In this document: positions 5,882 to 11,580 of the stretch, in pieces
Position numbering within the stretch: the first letter of the stretch is position 1
Layout: each line of letters begins with the position of its first letter
NCBI GenBank assembly: GCA_963709375.1
Contig: CAVPWA010000009.1
Coordinates: 35,980-59,979 of the forward strand
DNA length: 24,000 nt
Source: an uncultured Solirubrobacterales bacterium
GTDB lineage: Bacteria; Actinomycetota; Thermoleophilia; Solirubrobacterales; 70-9
Direction: 5' to 3'
Made by a program: the position numbers and the translations under genes
The notes under the pieces: generated by a model
What the model saw: the letters and a program-made list of their open reading frames with translations, nothing else
Told to the model about the DNA's origin: nothing
Databases searched by the model: none

Positions 5882-7501
5882 GTGTCGAAGGCGGTCGTCC
5901 CTCCGCAGACCGAAATCCTCCCCAACGGGGTCGAGCGCATCACCTACTACGTCGGCGAAAACGGCGGGCCGCTGCAGGTGACCTCGGGACAGAACCGGAT
6001 CGACTACGACCCGATCTTCGGCCTTCAGAAGCCCTCCCGGAACGGCTGGATCACCAGGATCGAACCCAACCTGGTCAGGCCGGACGGCTCGATTCCGAAG
6101 TCGAGCAAGGTCATGTTCCACCACGGCGTCTGGCTCAATGCGAGCCGCGACGACGCCACTGACGATTCGGTCGGCGCATTCTTCCCGGAGCGCTTCTATG
6201 CCACCGGTGAAGAAAAGACCGCAATGGAGTTGCCGCCCGGATTCGGCTATCGCTACGAGAAGACCGACCTCTGGATCCTCAACCACATGGTGCACAACCT
6301 CGTGGTCGAGCCGATGGAGCTCTACATCACTTATACGATCGACTTCATTCCCGATGGTTCACCGCTGGCCGAAGGCATCGAGCCGGTGCGGCCGATCTGG
6401 ATGGACGTCGAGAACGGCACCGAGTACCCGGTCTTCGACGTAAAGCGCGGAAGCGGCGGCAAGGACGGAGAGTTCACCTACCCGGCCGACGCCGGCAACC
6501 CATACGGAAGCGGCCCGAAGGAGAACGAGTGGGTCGTCGACCGGGACGGGGTCCTGGTGCAGACGATCGGCCACGTCCACACCGGCGGCCTCTCGACCGA
6601 GCTCTACCTCAACCGTGACGGCGCCAAGTACTCCGGCCCCAGGTGCAAGAAGCTGAAGAAGCTGAAGCAGGCGCAGAAGAAGAACTGGAGCAAGAAGCGC
6701 AAGCGTGCCTTCAGGAAGAAGCAGAAGCGGATCCGCGCCTGCCGGTCGAAGCAGCCGAACGTAAAGGGCGACCGGGTCGAGCTGTTCACTTCCCAGGCCA
6801 GGTACTTCGGCAACCGCCGGCCCGTCTCCTGGGACGTGGCGATGGTTGGCACCAGGCCGAACTGGCGGGTGGCGGTCAAGGCCGGCGATACCCTCGAGCT
6901 TCAGACGACCTACGAGACCAAGATCGCTTCCTGGTACGAGTCGATGGGCATCAACGTCCTGTACATGGCCGATGCCGATGTTGCCGGCAAGGATCCGTAT
7001 TCGAAGAAGGTCAGCTACCGGGGAGTGCTCAACCACGGCCACTTCGAGGAGAACAACGACCACGGCGGCAAGGGTCCCGTAGTCGGGCCGGATCCCCGCA
7101 GGCTGCCGGACGGCATGCCGCAGTCGCAGCCGCTGATGATCGGCGGATACACATACGAAGCCGGTGACTTCCGCATACCCGGCGCGGTCGGCCGCCCGCC
7201 GGTCGTCGAGCGCGGAGAGCAGCTCACCTTCCAGCTCTCCGCCGGAGACCAGTCGAACCAGATCTGGCATTCGCTGACCTCCTGCAAGGCACCCTGTAAC
7301 AGGTCCACCGGGATCTCCTACCCGATCCCGGACGGCGAGTTCCAGTTCGACTCGGGCCAGCTCGGGCTGGGGCCGGCGCCGACCGTGAACCGCGATGAGT
7401 GGTCCACGCCGAAGAACATGCCGGTCGGGACCCACACCTTCTTCTGCCGTATCCACCCGCTGATGCGCGGGGCAGTCAGGGTCGTGAAGCCTGACCAGTA
7501 G
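5882..7501 (+). CDS. Two-domain copper monooxygenase-like protein (PHM/DBH, 'copper type II ascorbate-dependent monooxygenase' fold) fused to a C-terminal type-1 cupredoxin domain; carries a 33-aa Cys-bracketed polybasic insertion
   Basis: 539-aa ORF with a GTG start. Motifs are in PHM order and roughly PHM spacing. CuH-like: VMFHHGVW (His 6119, 6122), then FYATGEEKTAMELPPGFGYRYEKTDLWILNHMVHN (compare PHM LYAWA...RLPKGVGFRVG...VLQVHYG). CuM-like: IGHVHTGG (His 6572, 6578; compare PHM VHTHHLG), then VKAGDTLELQTTYET...WYESMGINVLYM (Met 6944; compare GDILAARCVF...SDEMCNLYIMYY). C-terminal cupredoxin: WHSLTS (His 7268) and THTFFCRIHPLM (Cys 7445, His 7454, Met 7463), the same spacing as the amicyanin C-x2-H-x2-M loop. 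Confidence 0.75.
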   Translation: MSKAVVPPQTEILPNGVERITYYVGENGGPLQVTSGQNRIDYDPIFGLQKPSRNGWITRIEPNLVRPDGSIPKSSKVMFHHGVWLNASRDDATDDSVGAFFPERFYATGEEKTAMELPPGFGYRYEKTDLWILNHMVHNLVVEPMELYITYTIDFIPDGSPLAEGIEPVRPIWMDVENGTEYPVFDVKRGSGGKDGEFTYPADAGNPYGSGPKENEWVVDRDGVLVQTIGHVHTGGLSTELYLNRDGAKYSGPRCKKLKKLKQAQKKNWSKKRKRAFRKKQKRIRACRSKQPNVKGDRVELFTSQARYFGNRRPVSWDVAMVGTRPNWRVAVKAGDTLELQTTYETKIASWYESMGINVLYMADADVAGKDPYSKKVSYRGVLNHGHFEENNDHGGKGPVVGPDPRRLPDGMPQSQPLMIGGYTYEAGDFRIPGAVGRPPVVERGEQLTFQLSAGDQSNQIWHSLTSCKAPCNRSTGISYPIPDGEFQFDSGQLGLGPAPTVNRDEWSTPKNMPVGTHTFFCRIHPLMRGAVRVVKPDQ

Positions 7502-7540
7502 CGGCCCGGTTTAGGTTTGATTAATCGACACTGCGATGCT

Positions 7541-7565
7541 TCCTGAATGGATTTCAGTTTCAGGA
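7541..7565. promoter_or_regulatory. Inverted repeat tcctgaa-N11-ttcagga (with a nested ctgaa-N5-ttcag) in the AT-richer intergenic region upstream of the COG4315 gene pair; possible operator
   Basis: Read directly: 7541-7547 tcctgaa and 7559-7565 ttcagga. It lies 27 nt upstream of the proposed GTG start at 7592, in a 90-nt gap that is visibly less GC-rich than the flanks (ttaggtttgattaatcgacact...). Confidence 0.3.
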
Positions 7566-7591
7566 TTGAGTGTGTCCGTGGGAGCAGCCTC

Positions 7592-8107
7592 GTGAAGCGC
7601 CTCGCGCTCGCGGCTGCCTCAGCCGCCCTGCTGGTGGGTGGCGTCGCTGCCTCGCCGATCTCGGCCTCGCCTGGATCCGGCACCGCGTCTTCGTCGGGTG
7701 CCGCGCAGGTCTCGGTCGACAAGCGGTTCAAAGCGAAGAAGAACATCCGCATTGCCGCCTACAACTCGCCCTACGGCAAGATGCTCTACAACAAGCAGCG
7801 TCAGGCGATTTACATCTTTGAGAAGGAAAAGAACAAGAAGAGCCGCTGCTACGGAGCCTGCGCCGAGGGTTGGCCACCGGTTCTCACCAAGGGCAAGAAG
7901 AAGGGCAAGCCCAAGGGAATCAAGGGTGTCAAGCAGAAGCTGCTCGGCACGACAAAGCGCCGGGGCGGGGCCAGGCAGGTCACTTACAACGGCAAGCCGC
8001 TCTATTACTACTACGACGAGCTTCCCGGCCAGGTCTTCTGCCACAACGTCATCCAGTACGGCGCCAACTGGGCCGTGATCCGCCCGAGTGGTCGGATCGC
8101 GGACTGA
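7592..8107 (+). CDS. Secreted COG4315 / PF03640-type protein (Yx[FWY]xxD 'secreted repeat' family), strongly basic paralog
   Basis: The track ORF starts at 7547, but GTG 7592 has a GGAG at 7581-7584 (7-nt spacing) and opens directly into a signal peptide, VKRLALAAASAALLVGGVAASPISA. Family core: IYIFEKEKNKKSRCYGACAEGWPPVL...LLGTTKRRGGARQVTYNGKPLYYYYDE...CHNV...WAVIRPSG. Confidence 0.8.
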   Translation: MKRLALAAASAALLVGGVAASPISASPGSGTASSSGAAQVSVDKRFKAKKNIRIAAYNSPYGKMLYNKQRQAIYIFEKEKNKKSRCYGACAEGWPPVLTKGKKKGKPKGIKGVKQKLLGTTKRRGGARQVTYNGKPLYYYYDELPGQVFCHNVIQYGANWAVIRPSGRIAD

Positions 8108-8703
8108 TGGGCAGTCCGGCCGGTGGATCGGCGGTCCTGAAGCCGACGCTGCTGGCTGTGCCGCTCGTTGCCATCGCACTTGCTTTCGCAGCATGCGGCG
8201 GGAACGATGAGTCGTCGCAGCCGGCCGAACAGGCCGCGCCGGCCGCCGAGGCCGCCCAGTCCGGCGATTCGAGTACGGCCGGCGATTCGAGTACGGCCGG
8301 CAACGACCAGGCCGGCAGTGGCAACGGAGGAGAAGCCGGGGCCGCCTCCGGCACGACGATCAGCACCGGCGATTCGCAGTTCGGCGAAGTCCTCTTCGAT
8401 GGCGACCAGGGGGCGATCTACTACTTCGACAAGGAAAAGACCTCCGAGAGCGAGTGCTACGGCGACTGCGCCGTGGCCTGGCCACCGGTGCTGACCGACG
8501 GCGAGCCGCGGTCGGGCGGGGGTGCGCAGAACCAGCTTCTCGGCACCACCGAGCGCCGGGACGGCAGCACGCAGGTCACCTATGACGGCAGGCCGCTCTA
8601 TTACTACGTGGATGACCCGCCCGGTGTGGTTCTCTGCCACAACGTCGCCGAGTTCGGCGGACTCTGGCTCGCAGTCCAGCCGGACGGCGCAGCGGTTTCC
8701 TGA
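8107..8703 (+). CDS. COG4315 / PF03640-type lipoprotein, strongly acidic paralog
   Basis: ATG 8107 overlaps the upstream TGA by 1 nt (TGATG). Lipoprotein signal with lipobox: MGSPAGGSAVLKPTLLAVPLVAIALAFAAC|GGN. Core: IYYFDKEKTSESECYGDCAVAWPPVL...LLGTTERRDGSTQVTYDGRPLYYYVDD...CHNV...WLAVQPDG. It is colinear with the upstream paralog. Confidence 0.85.
   Translation: MGSPAGGSAVLKPTLLAVPLVAIALAFAACGGNDESSQPAEQAAPAAEAAQSGDSSTAGDSSTAGNDQAGSGNGGEAGAASGTTISTGDSQFGEVLFDGDQGAIYYFDKEKTSESECYGDCAVAWPPVLTDGEPRSGGGAQNQLLGTTERRDGSTQVTYDGRPLYYYVDDPPGVVLCHNVAEFGGLWLAVQPDGAAVS
8263..8298 (+). repeat. Perfect 2 x 18-bp in-frame tandem duplication (ggcgattcgagtacggcc), encoding GDSSTA-GDSSTA in the lipoprotein linker
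   Basis: Read directly: 8263-8280 is identical to 8281-8298. Confidence 0.95.
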
Positions 8704-8746
8704 CCGGCCAGGCCGGCCAGGTCCGGATAAGGGACCGGCGGCTGCC

Positions 8747-10033
8747 TCAGCTTGGTGATCCGATGCCCTTTCGGTCCCTGGTCCCCGCCGAAAGCAGGTC
8801 CGCGTCTCCAGTGAAGCTGCGCGCCACGCTTGCCTGCAGTATCGCGAGCTGATCCTCAACCGCCGGCCGCCTGAACTCGGGGACGGAATCGAGCAGGTCT
8901 TCCAGCAGCGCCCTCATTCTCCTCGTGATCTGGATCGAATCCGCTCCGAAGAGCCTCGTCTCGTCGAGTCCGATGCTGAGGAAGTCCTCCCATGAGGGAG
9001 TCGGAAAGACAAGCCTCAGGGAGCCGCTCTGGTCACGCTCTTCACCCGGCAGCAGTCGCCGGGCGGCGATGGTGCGCAGCAGGATCTCGATCTGGTCGAG
9101 GGCCTGGACCGCCGTGGTCGGATCGTTGACGCCAGGAGACAGGGCTTTGGCCGAGATGTCGGCCAACAGCCTGAATGCGAAGGCCGGGTCCTGCCGAAGG
9201 TTGCGCTCGTCACCGACCGCGACCGAGCGGCGCAGGGCGTCCTCGTCGATCGAGGCGTCACCGTGTATCCGGAAGAGTGGCGCGCCGGGCACGACGAGAT
9301 CCCCCGTCGAGACAACGAGCTCGACGACGACTCCGGCTTGCGTGGCGAGTTCGACCAGACCCCGGTGGTCGACGCTCTGGAGAATGCCGGGGTCTTCGTC
9401 GAAGTTGACCAGGTGTTGTTCGCCGGATGTCGCCGGAAGCGGCGAAGGCGCCAACTCCCCGTCCCCCGGGACCGGGTCGGCGAACACATCGAGGATCGCG
9501 CGGCTGCCCTCGTGGCCGATGGTTTTGACCACCGCCGCAACCCGCAGGCCCTGGGTCGTTTCGCTGATCAGCCGCAGGAACATGAACATGCTGACCAGCA
9601 GCAGGATGATCGCAACCGAGACCGAGAAGTCGGGGATGAAATCCGGGTTGTCGACCGGCTCGATCGTGCGCAGGACCAGAAGCGCGTAGATGAAGGTGGC
9701 CATGAATGTGCCGAGCGAGATTTTCGTCGTCAGGTCGCGCAGGAAGCGACGCAGCATGCGCGGTGTGAACTGACTCGAGCCGAACTGGACCGCAAGCAGC
9801 AGGATCGAGAAGACGAAACCGGTGAAGGTGATCATGCCGCCGGCCATCGCTCCCAGCATCGACTCGGAAGCCCCAGCTCCGTACTTGATGCCGATTTCAC
9901 CATCGGTCGCTGCGTCGAGGTCGGGCAGCAGCACGCCCATCGCGATCGCGACCAACATGAAGATCGCCGGTATGAGCCAGATCGAGTTGCGGAAGGACTC
10001 GATCAGCCGCCAGCGCGTTCGCCAGCTAGGCAA
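8747..10033 (-). CDS. DUF2254 domain-containing membrane protein (full length)
   Basis: 428-aa ORF with a TTG start and a GGAGG (complement of 10041-10045) 7 nt upstream. N-terminal TM block (IWLIPAIFMLVAIAMGVLL, GGMITFTGFVFSILLLAVQFGSSQFTPRMLR, LGTFMATFIYALLVL, VSVAIILLLVSMFMFL), then a soluble domain with LSPGVNDPTTAVQALDQIE, typical of DUF2254. Confidence 0.85.
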   Translation of the reverse strand: MPSWRTRWRLIESFRNSIWLIPAIFMLVAIAMGVLLPDLDAATDGEIGIKYGAGASESMLGAMAGGMITFTGFVFSILLLAVQFGSSQFTPRMLRRFLRDLTTKISLGTFMATFIYALLVLRTIEPVDNPDFIPDFSVSVAIILLLVSMFMFLRLISETTQGLRVAAVVKTIGHEGSRAILDVFADPVPGDGELAPSPLPATSGEQHLVNFDEDPGILQSVDHRGLVELATQAGVVVELVVSTGDLVVPGAPLFRIHGDASIDEDALRRSVAVGDERNLRQDPAFAFRLLADISAKALSPGVNDPTTAVQALDQIEILLRTIAARRLLPGEERDQSGSLRLVFPTPSWEDFLSIGLDETRLFGADSIQITRRMRALLEDLLDSVPEFRRPAVEDQLAILQASVARSFTGDADLLSAGTRDRKGIGSPS

Positions 10034-10062
10034 CTCAACCCCTCCGGTTGAGGCTCATGCCT

Positions 10063-10635
10063 CTAGCCCTTTTTCATCGTCGTCTTCGACGTGGCGAACT
10101 GCTCGCCGTTGAAGAAGATCCGGGTTGTCACCTTGACCAGGCGGTTGTTCATCTTGCCGCTCAGGGAATACGTGACCTGCTTGTCGCAGGGAGAGGTCCC
10201 GGTGGCGCTGATCTTGCTCTTGGCGTGTTTGTAGGTGACCGAGACCGGACCTTGGTCGTTTCGGTAGGAGGCCTTGAATCCGCCGTTGTTCCAGCGGTTC
10301 TTTCCTTTGCCCTTGCGCATCTTCACCTTGCGCGGGGGAGGGCTCGGGCAGCCGAAGGCAGATCCGCCAAGCCTGAATACGACGGAGATGACCGGCTTCT
10401 TCCTGTTGCCCTTCAGCCCGAGGGTCATCGAGGCCTTGCCGGTGGTGTCGAAAGTCAGGTTGTTCCAGGTTCCGGACCACTTGCCCTTGAACTGCTTTGG
10501 TACGAACGCCTTCGCCTTCTTCTTCGATGTCGCGGCGTCACCGGATGGTCCCGCGGTCGAAAGTCCCGCGCCCGCGGCTCCGAGCAGAACAGTGGCCACC
10601 ACTGCCGTCAAGAAAAACTTCCCCACCCGCATCAT
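10063..10635 (-). CDS. Secreted Lys-rich hypothetical protein
   Basis: The ORF is open to 10668, but the probable start is the ATGATG at 10635/10632 (MMRVGKFFLTAVVATVLLGAAGAGLS, a signal peptide). The mature part is beta-rich and very basic (KKKAKAFVPKQFKGKW..., PRKVKMRKGKGKNRW). It lies 29 nt upstream of the DUF2254 gene on the same strand. I recognise no family. Confidence 0.65.
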   Translation of the reverse strand: MMRVGKFFLTAVVATVLLGAAGAGLSTAGPSGDAATSKKKAKAFVPKQFKGKWSGTWNNLTFDTTGKASMTLGLKGNRKKPVISVVFRLGGSAFGCPSPPPRKVKMRKGKGKNRWNNGGFKASYRNDQGPVSVTYKHAKSKISATGTSPCDKQVTYSLSGKMNNRLVKVTTRIFFNGEQFATSKTTMKKG

Positions 10636-10714
10636 CTGGATCCCCTTCGTCGCTGTGTACCTGACCATAGGTGAGTGTATACGGAGTTTCTGGTCGTTTC
10701 CCGGGATCGGTGGC

Positions 10715-10736
10715 CCCGGCCGGCCATCCGGCCGGG
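10715..10736. promoter_or_regulatory. Perfect 9-bp G/C stem with a 4-nt loop (cccggccgg-ccat-ccggccggg) in the divergent intergenic region, 46 nt upstream of the heliorhodopsin ATG
   Basis: Read directly: 10715-10723 is the exact reverse complement of 10728-10736. The function (operator palindrome or 5'-UTR structure) is unknown. Confidence 0.4.
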
Positions 10737-10781
10737 AGCAAAGGCCGATTTCACGAAGGCGGGCCGGGTAGTGTTCCCGAC

Positions 10782-11576
10782 ATGAGTGAAAAGACCTCAG
10801 CGGCCTCCGAGACCAGTCCCGAGCGGCAGAAGCTTTCCAGGCTGCGCCGCCTGAACCTGATCGCCACGATCTTCTTCGCGGTTCAGGTGATCGTCCTCCT
10901 GCTTATCTCGGAACCGGCGGAGTTACCGGTCATCGGCTCGTTTCTGACCGACGCGCCGGGCAGCGGCCAGTACGGGTCCAAGGTCCTCTTCGACCTCAGG
11001 ATCGACATCCTGGTCGCGCTATTCCTCGCCCTGGCTGCGGTGGACCATTTCGCGGTCGGCACCTTCGCCCGCAGCTGGTACGAGAAGAACGTGAGCCGCG
11101 GCATCAACCCGGCGCGCTGGTGGGAATACTCGATCAGCGCCTCGATCATGGTGGTGCTGATCGCCATGCTGGCCGGCGCGAGCGACGCGGTCGCGCTCTT
11201 CGCGATCTTCGGCGTCAACGCCTCGATGATCTTCTTCGGCCTGGTCATGGAGAAGGCCAATCTCGGACGCGAAGAGGTCAACTGGTCTCCTTTCATTTTC
11301 GGATGCGTAGCGGGAGCCGTGCCGTGGATCGCGATCGTGATCCAGCTCGCGCTGGCGCAGTCCGAAGGCGACGGCGTCCCGGGATTCGTCTACGGGATCT
11401 TCGTTTCACTGTTCATCCTCTTCAACGGCTTCGCGGTGAACATGTGGCTCGGCTACCGGGCCAACGGCCGGTGGAAGGACCCGCTCTTCGTCGAGAAGGC
11501 GTACATCGTGCTGAGTCTCGTCGCGAAGACGGTTCTGGCGTGGCAGGTCTACCAGGGCGCTCTCGCCGGATCCTGA
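10782..11576 (+). CDS. Heliorhodopsin (HeR), a 7-TM retinal protein
   Basis: The track ORF starts at 10671, but the ATG at 10782 gives a 264-aa protein colinear with the prototype HeR 48C12: ARWWEYSISASIMVVLIA (vs FRWVEYSLSSSVMIVLIA), AIFGVNASMIFFG (identical core), FGCVAGAVPWI, VPGFVYGIFVSLF, KAYIVLSLVAKTVLAWQVY (vs RAYIVLSLVAKSALAWQIF). The Schiff-base Lys codon is at 11526-11528 and the counterion Glu codon at 11124-11126. Confidence 0.92.
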   Translation: MSEKTSAASETSPERQKLSRLRRLNLIATIFFAVQVIVLLLISEPAELPVIGSFLTDAPGSGQYGSKVLFDLRIDILVALFLALAAVDHFAVGTFARSWYEKNVSRGINPARWWEYSISASIMVVLIAMLAGASDAVALFAIFGVNASMIFFGLVMEKANLGREEVNWSPFIFGCVAGAVPWIAIVIQLALAQSEGDGVPGFVYGIFVSLFILFNGFAVNMWLGYRANGRWKDPLFVEKAYIVLSLVAKTVLAWQVYQGALAGS

Positions 11577-11580
11577 CTTC

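Noticed and set aside
6640-6760. AAG/AAGAAG-rich, lower-GC patches (also 7730-7940 and 10290-10520) as possible foreign DNA, microsatellites or a CRISPR-like array
   Set aside because: The patches are in frame and encode Lys-rich protein segments with the host-typical G/C-ending codon AAG. They have no regular repeat-spacer periodicity and no flanking mobility genes.
6359-7456. 365-aa minus-strand ORF and several + strand off-frame ORFs (6138-6443, 6643-7167, 6846-7082) inside the monooxygenase gene
   Set aside because: They have no motifs and biased composition. The 5882 frame alone shows copper-ligand motifs and a cupredoxin domain.
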